Below, piece after piece: positions 1 to 12,959 of a stretch of 20,969 nucleotides of DNA. Source of the DNA: Eremomyces bilateralis CBS 781.70. Taxonomy: Eukaryota. The notes below the pieces were generated by a model, which searched no databases, was not told the DNA's origin, and was given only the letters and a program-made list of their open reading frames with translations. The stretch lies in NCBI GenBank assembly GCA_010015585.1, contig ML975151.1; one strand, given 5' to 3'. Both the position numbers and the translations under genes were made by a program. Position 1 is the stretch's first letter. Each line of letters starts with the position of its first letter.

Positions 1-547
1 TCATTATGTGTGGTAATTCGATGAATGAATTTTGACGTTTACTGATTTACAAGTGTGAAAGGGATGTACATTTGTGTTGAGTTGGCGATGGAGAATCGTA
101 ATGTGATGGATTTGAAATGGCACGTGTGAAGAACATTCGTTGCGTATGTATCTGAATTTGTCAACTGATGAAGCTAGAGTGCTCTAATTAATGGTGACGC
201 TGATCTGGACATTGAGGTTGCAGAGCTGAGGGAGTTATTGCCTCAGGCAGAATATCCAAGGTCACGTGCGAGCAGGGATATGATTGTTTCTGCCTTGGAG
301 CCTTGGAGCCTGAGGCCGAACATTGTGGGGGAATTCCGCTGTCCCTCCACAGCCCACACAGGTCAGCAGCATCGCGATGAGAACCACGATCAACATGAAC
401 CGAGACCGCCCGGTTTGACCTTCCATTGGACATTGAATCTACACTATTGTTCATCAAGCTACTCGAGTCATCGGGTTGTTGTGGTGGGATATATTACTGC
501 CTCCAGTACACTACTCACCGAAGAGCCGAGTTCACAACATCGACATC

Positions 548-1342
<795 letters not shown>

Positions 1343-1537
1343 TAAACCCGAGTAAGGGACAATCGAGAATAGTTAGCATGATATGTATTGCGCACGATCT
1401 GGAGCACGTGAGGCGTGTACTTGTGTTCTGGAATCATACCAGTAGCTGTCCGGGTTCCGCACTCGTGTTGCAGTTGTCAGTCGTAGTTGATGGGTGATAC
1501 ACGTAAGATAGGTGGAAAGGTGACTGATGAATTGGTT

Positions 1538-1664
1538 GGATTGAATGGATTGAATGGATTGAATGGATTGAATGGATTGAATGGATTGAATGGATTGATT
1601 GATTGAATGGATTGAATGGATTGAATGAATTGATTGAATTGATTGATTGAATGGATTGAATGGA
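1538..1664. repeat. Tandem minisatellite (GGATTGAAT)n with GATT/GAATT variants
   Basis: Directly visible run of about six perfect 9-mers followed by degenerate units. It explains the spurious NPFNPF ORF on the minus strand. Confidence 0.95.
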
Positions 1665-2181
1665 ACTTATATCCGATCGCGGTGTGTATCCAGAGTAATA
1701 AGAGGAAGACGCGCCCCTTGCAATCTTGGCGTCGAAGATTCAGCGCACGTTCACCTCCAGTCAGTCGTTCAGTTGTTCTTGGTGCACTCCCATCATCAAC
1801 TTCACCCTTGACCAGACTGCCACCTGGAATGCATCTCTCTTCTCTCCTTCCGTCCTCTCTCCTTCTCATTTCCTCAATTCCCTCAACACGTTCACGTGGC
1901 ATATTGGACGCATTACCGATTCGAACCATTTGATGCGACGTTGCGGACCTCGACCCACGGGCTCCTCACTCGCATCCATCCTCCCTATACGGCAATCCCG
2001 CATCCCCTCATAATCGTCCTATCGTTTCGCTGCAGCCATCATTATCCTGGTGATCCTGGATATCAAGGTGCTTCTCGACCGCGGAAGGCAGAGCGCACGC
2101 GTTTCTCTCCCACTCGCGTAATACTCGTGCTCACCGCGATGGTGTTGCTCGTCCACTCCAGGTTAGAGAACGCTTTCTAGA

Positions 2182-5100
2182 ATGTCGCGCGCATCCGGTG
2201 GCAGCTTTGCGGACTTCTTTCCCAATGCTCCATCGGTTGTTCAGAGCAAGCGACTGAAACTAGCGCAACAACCTTTGTCTGCCGATCCTCCGGTGGCGCG
2301 CCATGCGTCGCAATCGGATCACGCAGACATTATTTCAACTACCTCTGCGACTCAGTCGGCATTTGATGGCAGTTCTAACTCGACCAAAGATCAGAGCAAC
2401 TCCCGTCACACGGTCGAAGATGATTCCACCCAAAGACCTGGCTCGGGAGATCTTTTGAACGGTGTGGGGTCGGAGAGTTCCTTGACTTCCACCGCGTCTT
2501 CCATCTTTAGCCAACCAACCGGTCTTTCCAACATGCCGAGTAACCATGGCATCACGACCGCTTCTACCATTTTGACGCCCGTCACCAATACTACCGATTC
2601 ATCTCCTCCCGGGAAAGCGCCTAGTCCATCACACAAGGGTTCCATTGCCGCGAAGAACACGTTCACGGATCCAAAGCCCATGCAAAATGGTACTCACGCA
2701 TTTACCCCCGCTCACACTCCGCCCGACGGGATGCTTCCAGGCCCAGGTGAAGAGCGAGGATCCGTCATCGTGTGGGATCCTGAGTTGGATACGAAACTGT
2801 CATCCAAGGAGAGACGAAAACATCGTCCGAAGTACAAGGTGTTTGGAACAGAGGTACGTTTCCCTTGCATTTCGGTGTTCAGACCCTAATCATGTCCAGA
2901 GTCGGCAGCAGTATCCTCCTCCGGACCCCAGACTGGCCATCGCTGGCTACACGGCCGGCGCATTTCATAAGAAGAACTCCCCGAACAAGCAGAGACTACG
3001 TCTCGCACCCTACGTTGTCAAACCTTACGCTTTCGATGCTCGAACTTCGATTGGGCCTGGACCACCGACTCAGATCGTGGTCAACGGGTTTGACCCGTTT
3101 ACATCCGCGAGTCAGATCAAGGCGGTTTTCGGTAGCTATGGCGAGATCGCCGAGCTTCTGAATCAAACCGATCCGGCAACCGGAAGTTTCCTCGGCATTT
3201 GTCTCATTCGATATCGGGATACCAAACCCCTTCGTGGCACACCCATTCCCGCATCGCAAGCCGCGAGAAAGGCGGAAAAGGAAGGCACAGGGCAACGAAT
3301 CGGGTTGAAGACGGTCAAAGTCTCACGGGATCCGGAAGGACGACGATGTCGTCGCATGGTGTCGGATATCTTGCGAAGGATCAAAGACGAACAGGAAAAG
3401 GAACGCGAACGGGAACAAAAACTTCAAGACCGCCGTGCCGTCAGTGTTGCTCCTTCACCCACGGTACCTGCACCACCGCCGGGTGCCCCCAAAGGCCCTT
3501 CGGGAACCGGATTTCGAGCCCCTCCAGTCGCCCCTCCAGTCGCCCCTCAACCCCCTCAACCTCCACGCCGACCTGACCATAATCTCATCGAAACCGAGTC
3601 TCTTCTTCAGACGATCAAGCGCAGACCATATATATTTCTCGCCCACTGCTATGTCCCGGTCATGGGGACCACCGTTCCTCATATGTACAAGCGGTTTCGC
3701 ATGTACGACGTCTATGAGATCCGAGCGGACCAGACGGGATACTACATCACCTTCGACGACTCCAAACGTGGAGAGGACGAATGCACTCGACTATTCCGGG
3801 AATGTCACCTGAAACTTCTTTTCAATTACATTATGAACATGGATTGCCAGCCATATGGAAATCCGAACTACCAACGAAGTCCCTCTCCAGAGCGAGCTGC
3901 AGCCCAAGCCAAAGCGAGAAAGGAGGACGAGTTCATCCGGAAACACGATGACGCGGATTTTGAAGAGGAGAAGAAGGAGCGCGCAGACCGGTTGGACCCC
4001 GTGAAAGGAGCCATTGAAGTTCTGGTCCCTCAATTGCGGGAGATGCTGTTGAAAGACATCAAGAAGCGAATTATTGCTCCCCATCTCAATGAGTATCTGG
4101 ACCCGGACCGACATGTTGCCAAAAGGCAAAAGCTTGGGATTTCCGATCCTCCTGACAAAGCCTCGACTCGACCAACGTTTCAAATTGGGGTTGGTGATGA
4201 AAGCCCGTCCACCCCTCTCTCGAGGCATGGCTTCGCAGGGAGATCAAAACCACCATTTCGAAGAGATCATGTCACGCCAAAGGATCGACTTTCCGTGGTG
4301 GCCAGCGAAGGTAATGCGTTTTTGGACGATCGGAGGAGGAGAATCGCGCAATCCAGACGGAGAACCCAACCGCTTCACCGACGCCTTCACGATTTTTATG
4401 ATAGTGAGGACTCGGACGATGAACAGTCCGGCGCCATTCGCCCGGAATCGGAAGAGCAGGAGAGCCGTTCGGTCACGCATATTAGCCGTAGTCCCTCCCG
4501 GTCAGTCTTCGATGCCGATGAAGATGCGCCGAAACGCAAACGGAGACGACTCGACCTTGGTTGGGGAGCCGAAAGCGACGATGAACTTTTGGATGCCGTG
4601 GCTCGGAAGACTTTGGGGCATCTGATTCACAAAGAACCGGAAGACATGGCGAGAGCTGAACTGGTTCAAGTGGTTTCCACGCTTCCTCGATCGTCACACT
4701 TATGGAAACGAGCCCATGCTGAGATCAGCCTCCGAGACAGGGCAGCAGAGGATGATGAATTGTTCTTCGGCCTACAGGGCACCAAACCGGCAACCGCGGA
4801 GGTCAAGATGGATGTCGAGCCAGCGGACAACTCTTCAACTGCCATCGTGGAAGTCAAAAAGCCGAAGAAAACCAAACGACCTCCAAAGTCGCGGACAAGG
4901 AAAGAAGAGAAAGGAGAAATCGAGACCCTCGAAGTTCAAACCCAGTTACATGTTGAAGAACATGTCATCGACTCCGAGTTACCAACACCACAGCCTAGCA
5001 TTGAGGGAACTCAAAAGCCCAAGCCTCGACAGCGTCGGAAATTCAATGCAAAGGCTTTCATCAAAGGTTCGCGAACTGTCGATGATGGTCCGAACGTTTT

Positions 5101-6151
5101 CCTGGACCTGGATGGATGGCAGTCCATTGTTCGCGATGTCGAGGATATGCGGTATCTCAGCCACATTCTGTTGGAAGTGGCTCCGACCAATTTGGGTGAT
5201 ATCGAGCTATGGGCGTGGCGGGAGAAGATGTTCAAGTCGCTTCATAACGACGGACAATTCGGCGTCACATCATCTCCTCCAACGATTTCCGGCTATTATG
5301 TTCCGAATCCTACCGGATGTGCTCGAACCGAAGGAGTCAAGAAGATTGCCGAATCGGAGAAGTCCAAATATCTCCCTCATCGCATTCGGGTTGCTCAACA
5401 ACAGGCCGAACGTGCTGCTCGAGCCGAGAAAGATCCACAATACGCTGCCGATGCCGCTCGACAGGCTGCCGCCGCGAAAACCGCCTCGACTGCCACTTCT
5501 CGATCCAATCGTGTCAACAATCGACGTCTCGTCAATGAGATCAACACCCAAAAGAAGGCATTGGAGTCCGGCGATACCGATTCCGTTGCTCTCCGATTCA
5601 ATCAACTCAAGAAGAGACGAAAATTGGTTCGATTCGAACGGTCCGCCATTCATGGTTGGGGTCTTTATGCTGAGGAAAACATTTCTGCTAATGATATGAT
5701 CATCGAATATGTTGGAGAGATCATCCGACCTTCTGTGGCAGAGCTTCGTGAGGTCAAGTACGCTCGTGCTGGCATTGGAAGTTCGTATCTCTTCCGCATT
5801 GATGAAGAACAAGTGGTGGATGCTACCAAAAAAGGCAGTGTCGCAAGGTATGTTGAACCCATTTCAATTTCCATTTCCATCCCATCTAATATCTGTCAGG
5901 TTCATCAATCACTCTTGCTCTCCCAACTGTACCGCCAAGATCATCAAGGTCGAGGGTACCCGTCGCATTGTCATCTACGCCGCCAAGGACATCCACAAAG
6001 GTATGTCCTCCGATGTGTTTCCCATGTTCACGACTAATTCCCACTAGGTCAGGAACTCACGTACGATTACAAATTCGAACGGGAGTTTGAGTCGGACGAT
6101 CGTGTTCCTTGTCTTTGCGGTAGCATTGCATGCAAAGGCTTCTTGAATTGA
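2182..6151 (+). CDS. SET1: Histone H3 lysine-4 methyltransferase Set1 (COMPASS); join(2182..2853,2900..5847,5900..6000,6048..6151), 1274 aa
   Basis: RRM (QIVVNGFDP...[10 protein letters not shown]...[11 protein letters not shown]), n-SET region ([10 protein letters not shown], arginine-rich [10 protein letters not shown]), SET domain ([43 protein letters not shown]) and post-[16 protein letters not shown]. Three GT-AG introns with CTAAT branch sites restore the frame; TGA at 6149-6151. Confidence 0.96.
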
Positions 6152-6735
6152 GCGATTTCGTTCAGTATCCTCCGTCCAAGGTTGGTGTTGATGGCATGGA
6201 TTCTTACTCTACATCTGGTAGACGGTGGTAGGCCATCCATTTGCAGACGGTTGTCTGGACGTTCGGCCATAAAACGACTCCGTTGGTCAACTAATTCATG
6301 TTTTCATGTTATCCTCATGGACTTTGGAGTCATACTAGAACCATTTCTTCTGGGAACTTGCTTCACCCACCGTTCAACGGGGTGTGGTATCAAGTCGTGG
6401 TGGAGCACGGTAGCTGCACACCAGGTGGTCTTAAACCACCTGAATATTTTATGATGACTGCAGGAGATCACAATGAAATGCCATGCACTCAATCTTCATA
6501 TTTTGGTTCCCTTAATTCCCTTGTGACACAAGTCGATGATAGAAATTCATCGATTTTATGTGAACCCACCCATGCAGATCTCTAGTTCTTTGTTCTTGTC
6601 TTGTGAAAGCGGAGTAAGGCCAGAGCCTCGGTGACATTTAATTTATACCCTTGGAGTTGGCATCCCGCTTCTTTAGAACCTGCTTTTCAACCTCAATAAG
6701 TTTTTCATTATTCATTTGCAAGTATCTTTGTCAAC

Positions 6736-8352
6736 ATGATTAGGGAAACTGTTAGATCATGGGGACTCTCCCCGCTGCTGAATGCAGGTGTCAATCTACA
6801 GACATTGTTTTGGAGCGTTGCCATTCTTATCTTCATCGTCCATTATCTGCTCCCTGGCCTGGGCGAGTTAAGATGGACTATCAAAGCTCAAAGTTTGGGA
6901 AAACTGGTACCACGAGAACGAAAGCCCTGGTTCCCTTTCAATATCCTAAGGATTCGCAGGGTCATAAAGATGTTTCGCGAGCAAAAGCGGATGGAGTTCA
7001 TGCGTGAACAGATCAAAGCAAGTGCGAATCCGAACAATCCGAATACCATCCGAGTCTCTATGCTCACCCGTCGTATCATCTTGACCACTGACCCTGAAAA
7101 TATCAAAGCCGTCCTTGCAACTCAGTTCACTGATTATGGCAAGGGAGAGAAGTTTAATAAAGAATGGCATGACTTCTTAGGTGATAGCATCTTCACCACT
7201 GATGGGGATTTGTGGCATAACTCCCGGAATCTTCTACGGCCGCAATTTATCAAAGACCGAGTCAGTGACCTGGAAATCTTCGAAACGCACGCAATGTCAC
7301 TCATCCAGATCCTCTCGAACACAAAGGGAGAACCTGTAGACATTTCCGAACTATTCTTTGCCTTCGCTCTTGATGCCGCCACTGACTTTCTGCTCGGAAA
7401 GTCGTCCCATAGTCTCCAGAACCAACAGGACGAATTCGCAAAGGCTTTCAAGGTGGTCCAAACTAGGCAGTTGATGAACTCGATCCTAGGTCCGCTCAAA
7501 CTTTTGGTGAGCCAGAAGTCGTTTCGTTCATCTCTGCGGATCATTGATGATTTTATTCGGCCGTTTGTCGATTTACGACAAGTTTGTCTCCTGACGAATT
7601 GGAAAAAGGGGGTTCTTCGACATATACTTTCCTGCACTCATTAGCGAAGCATACAAGAGACCGAAAGGTATTGAGAGATCAAATAATGGCTGTATTGCTT
7701 GCGGGGAGAGACACTACGGCTTGCACTTTATCGTGGTTGTTCTACGAGCTTTCAATCCATCCGCACGTTGTTGCAAAGCTTCGTCAAGAGATTGAGACTA
7801 CTGTTGATTTGGAGCGGGCTCCTACATATGCTGACTTCAAGAATATGAGATATCTGCAGGTAAGGAAGCCATAGCTTCGTCCGAATGATGCTAACGTCAC
7901 AGTCAACCCTCAATGAGACCCTTCGCATGTATCCAGCGGCCCCGTTTAACGTGCGAGTAGCGTTGAAAGACACTACGCTTCCCCATGGAGGCGGTTCTGA
8001 TGGAAATCAGCCAATTGGCATCCCCCGGGGAACTGAAATATCATATGCTCCTTTGATAATGCAACGGCGGGCAGATCTCTATCCTTCCGACCAACTTCCA
8101 GCAGAGGAATTCTCTCCTGAGAGGTGGGAACACTGGTTTCCGAAGAGTTGGACGTATATTCCTTTCAATGGAGGTCCAAGGATATGTCTTGGTCAACAGT
8201 TTGCATTGACGGAGATGGGATACACCGTCGTGAGGATCTTGCAGCGGTTCTCAACGGTGGAATGTAGGCAACCAGACAACAAGGCTCCGGCCATGGTGAC
8301 TGATATTGTCGTTTCTCCACATCATGGGGTGACGATTAGCTTGTTTGAGTAG
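6736..8352 (+). pseudogene. CYP52-clan (CYP539-like, alkane/fatty-acid hydroxylase type) cytochrome P450 with an apparent 1-bp deletion near 7573-7575; intron 7860-7902; about 524 aa if repaired
   Basis: N-terminal hydrophobic anchor, FLGDSIFTTDG..WHNSR..LRPQF, I-helix AGRDTT, ETLR, PERW and heme motif FNGGPRICLG. The frame switches between ...RPFVD and [11 protein letters not shown] with no frame-restoring intron found. Intron GTAAGG..GCTAAC..CAG is 43 nt. P450 identity is firm; pseudogene versus sequencing error is not resolved. Confidence 0.8.
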
Positions 8353-8829
8353 TAGACTTGAGGAGGATGTCAGAGGAGAAGCACCATTAATTTCTTCCAG
8401 TCTTGATGACTGAATCCAGTGAATGGTGATGCCAAGTAAAAGCAAGGAATGATCAAGCGTTTTCACGCCCTGGGGGTAGGCTCCGAGGTCCTTAATTTCT
8501 TCCACTCTAGCTGAGCACCATTAAGATACCCTACTTTGTAATCAGACAGGTTTGTATGATATATACCCCGGGGTTCATGATCTAACAGCAGCGGTTTATG
8601 ATGTAATATCATCTGATATGGGAAGCTGACTGAACTACTCCAGTACCTTCCATTCCGTCAAACATCTCACAACGAAATAACACTGGGAGGACGGCATAAA
8701 TTAGGAAGTTTATCGTATCAAATGGATTACAGGCAATAAAGCATACCCAGCTCACGTGGTTTGAATCAACACCTTTCGCCCACTAGATACATCTTGGCTT
8801 TTGCTAGACACACCCGTTCTCTCCCCAGA

Positions 8830-10453
8830 TCACTCCTTCTTGGGATCCACCTGAACCGGAGGACTTTGAACACCTTGACTCTCACTAGAACGTCCAACAA
8901 TTCCTCCCATATGGCTCGCAAAACCATATTCCCCTAAGCCGTACCCATCGACCTCGCAATCAGCAAAGTACTTCTTATCCAGACCCTCCAGCTCCTCCTC
9001 TTCGCTGCAGCGGAGGTGTAAACCAGGGATCTTGTTGATGATGAATAGAAGGATGCAGCTGATCACAAAACTCCAGGCAGCACACGTCACCGCTGCGGCA
9101 AGCTGATAGCCCATCTGTTTCCAGTGACGATTCCACCACCCACCTTCGTAGTCTGTCGAGACACCATCCAAGGCGGGAACGAAGTCTGCAGCAAAGAACC
9201 CCGTCAAAATATCACCAATGACTCCTCCGACACCGTGGATTGCAAAGATATCAAGACCCTCGTCAACTCCGATCAGATGTTTGTACTTGACCACATAGAA
9301 AACGCCAATGGCTGTGATGGCCCCCACCAGAGCGGAAGTGTAGACGGGGACTTGGAAACGTCAGATCACAAAATTTGATTCTCATGGAACACTTACCGAA
9401 ACCGGCTGCAGGAGTGATCCCCACCAGTCCAGAAATGATGCCGGAGCAGAAACCGATGATGCTAAATCGTCGAGTACTGAAGTACTCCAGAATAGTCCAT
9501 GCAATACCCCCACCACAGGCAGCAAGATTGGTGTTGACAACCACATAGATGCTCCGAATCGACAAATTGGCGGTACTTGCACCGTTAAATGCGAACCAAC
9601 CGAACCAAATGAGGATCGTCCCAAGGCCCACCAAGAACGGATTGTGAGGTCTGAAGTGAGGGATCTTCGGATGAGCACTCTCTTTCATGGGATCTTTACG
9701 GTGACCGAGCATGAGAGACCAAGCGAGGGCGCCAAAGCCCGAAGCAATGTGGACAGGTCCTGATCCAGCGTAGTCGTACGCTCCAAGTTGGTAGAGCCAT
9801 CCACTCGGGTTCCATTCCCAGTATGCAAGGCTTAGACGTCAGTCAGACTCAGTGCTGAACCCGTGGGGACTTGTCATGTACGCAAAATAAAGACTTACAA
9901 GTAGTAGACGAACGTTGTCCAACAAAGCAAGAACACCATACTAGGTAAAAGTCTTCCACGCTCGAGCATAGCCCCTGCCAAAATCATGGCCGTCGCAGTG
10001 ACGAACGTGAAACCGAAAGCAGCGTAAAGGATATCCGGTATATCGGAATTCGCGAGACTGGGGTAAGCCAACACATTGAGGAAAATGCCTTTGGAGAGGT
10101 CCCCGATGATTGGATTGGTCGTGTGCGATTCGTACATGGAGTAACCGTATAGCCAGAATTGGATCCCGCAAGCAGAGGCACAGAACAAAGATTGGAAGAC
10201 CATGGTCAGCGCGGACTTTCGACGATGCATGCCAGCATACAAGAAGCCGATAGCTGGGGTGATTTGCCAACAAAGTGCTGTACATACGAGGATCCAACAC
10301 AAGTCGCCCTTCAGAAGTTAGAAACGTCCTGAATATCAGACGGTCCCTTACTTTGTCATATGGAGCATTGATGTCCATCTCCAAAGGATTCGCCCCCAGC
10401 GGTTGTACGGAGTACTCCGGCCATTCGGTGACTGGAGGGATGGAATCCGACAT
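8830..10453 (-). CDS. mep: Ammonium transporter (MEP/Amt family); complement(join(8830..9350,9397..9830,9899..10308,10352..10453)), 488 aa
   Basis: Spliced translation has TPAIGFLYAG, DYAGSGPVH, WFGWFAFNGAS, SGLVGITPAAGFV, FAIHGVGG (both conserved pore histidines) and C-terminal LRCSEEEELEGLD. Three GTAAG..AG introns with CTAAC/CTGAC branch sites keep the frame. Confidence 0.94.
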
Positions 10454-10748
10454 CGAGAGGGAAATTTAACTTAAGACCGATGATAGACACAAAAGGATTC
10501 AGGGTGGTGATTTGAAGGTTGACAACAGAGTTGTCCTACGCGTCTGTAAATCAACTTGCTGAGAAGAAACCAGACACAACACGAAGCCAGTGGAATCAAA
10601 CCAAGGAACAATTGCCAACTTTGATTCCGACAGAATCTGCAGTCGTCGAGTGTTGGGAACACGCATTGAACAAATCAAGTAAGCATACTGAACAACGCGG
10701 ACACGCGAAGACTATATGGCTTGAGACCAGTGGTTGCGCCATCTCTTC

Positions 10749-11097
10749 AGATAGCAGTACCAGTAATGATAAGGTAGGATGCCTCACCTCTTGCCGGGCA
10801 ATCCATGATCTGTATTGCATCCCATTCGTCCTATTCAACAAAAGAAACAAGGGTACTTTGAAGCGAACGGGTTATCATAGCCCAAGCACATGGGTCCCGG
10901 ATCGCCAAGATCGGGATAACTGACAGAAGAGCGCTGAAATAGGAACCTAGGATGGATGATGATCTTTGGAAGCTCGACAAGAGGTATTTGAAGCATGATC
11001 ATTGGAGAATTCAACAACTGATAAGTTAGTAACATTTAAGCCTGCCAAGCGGCTTGGTTTTGTCATGGCAAAGATAGGTTATCCGGGGAAGTTATCC
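10749..11097 (-). promoter_or_regulatory. Cluster of GATA elements (AreA/NIT2-type) plus two PacC-type GCCAAG sites upstream of the ammonium transporter
   Basis: AGATAG 10749, TGATAA 10767, TTATCA 10872, GGATAA 10914, TGATAAG 11019, AGATAG 11072, TTATCC 11079 and 11092; GCCAAG at 10904 and 11044. Fungal MEP genes are known targets of nitrogen GATA factors. Confidence 0.6.
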
Positions 11098-12959
11098 ACA
11101 GTACCAGACTGCCGGTGTCCATCTCTTTCAGGCTTGACATAACAGAAACCATCGGGATGACACGCTTCAAGATTGGGTTTCATAGAAATACTGACTGCAA
11201 GGGGCGGGTATGCTTGACATGTTTTAACCTAGAACGTCCAAGGTGCAGACCACGAGCTCGCGAAATGATGAACTGGGTTGTTTCCACGTACGTGGGGGTG
11301 GGAATAGGCTTCGAATTCCCTCTGAATGAAGCCACCATTCGCGCGCCTTGGCTACAATACTAGGTAGTTTTGGAGAGTCGGAACAACCGAGTCCTTGACA
11401 TGTTGTAACCAATGATTGGAGAGTACAGTACTAGATGATATCGAACGTTGATGATAAGCGTTCTCCAAGATTTAATATCAGAACACGAAAGCATTAACTA
11501 TGGGGAATTTTCCCCTAAATTGGAAAGGCTCCCGTTCCGTCTCCACCAAGCTAGGCTCACCACGATGTTCATATTGGTGTTGTTGATTTGACGTCGTTTG
11601 TTCAACTCTGGGTCTCAATATCCAATATCTCATGGCATTGGCAAAACTCAAAAGCATCTGCCTTTCTGTTCCCGCCATAAATCCCAGCCATCCAGAACCC
11701 ATTTGATGAAAGACCTCAGATACTAACTATGATGCAGCTCGCAGGTCCCAGGTTCTGTGAATACCCCAATGAGAACCATTTGGAAGATCTGCGACGAGCC
11801 TAGTGCGATACAGAGGCAGCTGGTAAGCTGGTACCCACCCTTATCAATTCGATTATGGTGATAATTTGGGTTCTGCTTTCGCAATCCCCTTCCTCATAAC
11901 GAAGTCCTAACGACGCCCCCTTACGACAAAGAAGGCACCTGATGGTTAAGAGATGGGAAATTAGGAGCCAAGGGATTGTCGCGTTGGCCCTGATGCCACG
12001 GATACGAGTGACAAGAAAGTTGAACTCTGCGACCACCACATTTCCACCGGCTGCCAAGTTGGCTCCAACTACCTTTACTCCATCCGTTCGCTGGACATGG
12101 GCGTCCTCCTACACCTACCAACTTCAAGTAGCACCGTCACAGCATATCCACAGAGGAAGGGGAGCATAGGACTGACCTCACTCCATCCACTCCCCGAGCA
12201 TCGCTTAAAACGGGCATCCTCTCACACCCACAAGCACAAATAGGACCGGCACAGCGAGTTCAGAAGAGGCTTATCAAAGAGAGAGGGTAAGACACATAAA
12301 GTGTAGGTACATAGGAGGACATCGAATCCAATTTCTGTCGTCGAAAACGAAAGATTGAGACGTTTGCTCAGCACCATGCCCTCATGCCATCAATCTGTCC
12401 AAGGTTTCGGAGGGCCTACGAACCTAACTTTATGAAGGCCACTCTATATTTGTCTCTCTATTTCGGTAGGGTAGAGACGGGCGTCCGAAGCATAATTCTG
12501 TTATATTATATGCTAGATGCTCATTTACCACTCATTCTCTGCTAGAAGCTGATATTTCCTAGTTAATACTCCTCACTGTTAAACTAATCTCGCTAAAACT
12601 ACGCGCTTTTGGTTTCCTAGAAATACTGATATCACTTCTAGTAGACTCGAAAATCTGAGTAAGAAAGGCACTAAGAGCGGGTATGAGTTAACATAGCGAA
12701 AGGTAAGATTGGTATAGAACCACCATGTATTCACACAGATCTAAGCTGATATATACCAGTTATGAAATTTGAGTTTATAATAATAACCATTGGAGTGAAT
12801 GCAGATGTTATGGCTGGAGACAACACCCTAGGTTAGTAAATAGGGGACTACTGCGCTAATTTGATTTGGGATAGGCGTCAGGTTAGGGTGGAAGACCCTT
12901 TATATGAACTTAGAGAGCCTAACTAAATATCAGGTGACAAAGTGTCAAGATCTGATGTC

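Noticed and set aside
1477..1929. 150-aa minus-strand ORF with NPF repeats
   Set aside because: Artefact of the GGATTGAAT minisatellite and the pyrimidine tract.
4716..5699. 327-aa alternative-frame ORF and other ORFs overlapping SET1, the P450, mep and the MFS gene
   Set aside because: Shadow frames of well-supported genes with no recognisable motifs.
11821..11834. 14-mer TGGTAAGCTGGTAC shared with the solo LTR (13953-13966)
   Set aside because: Similarity does not extend on either side; compatible with chance.
12480..12950. AT- and TpA-rich stretch as an identifiable transposon or gene
   Set aside because: It looks RIP-degraded but no recognisable protein motif or termini could be read.
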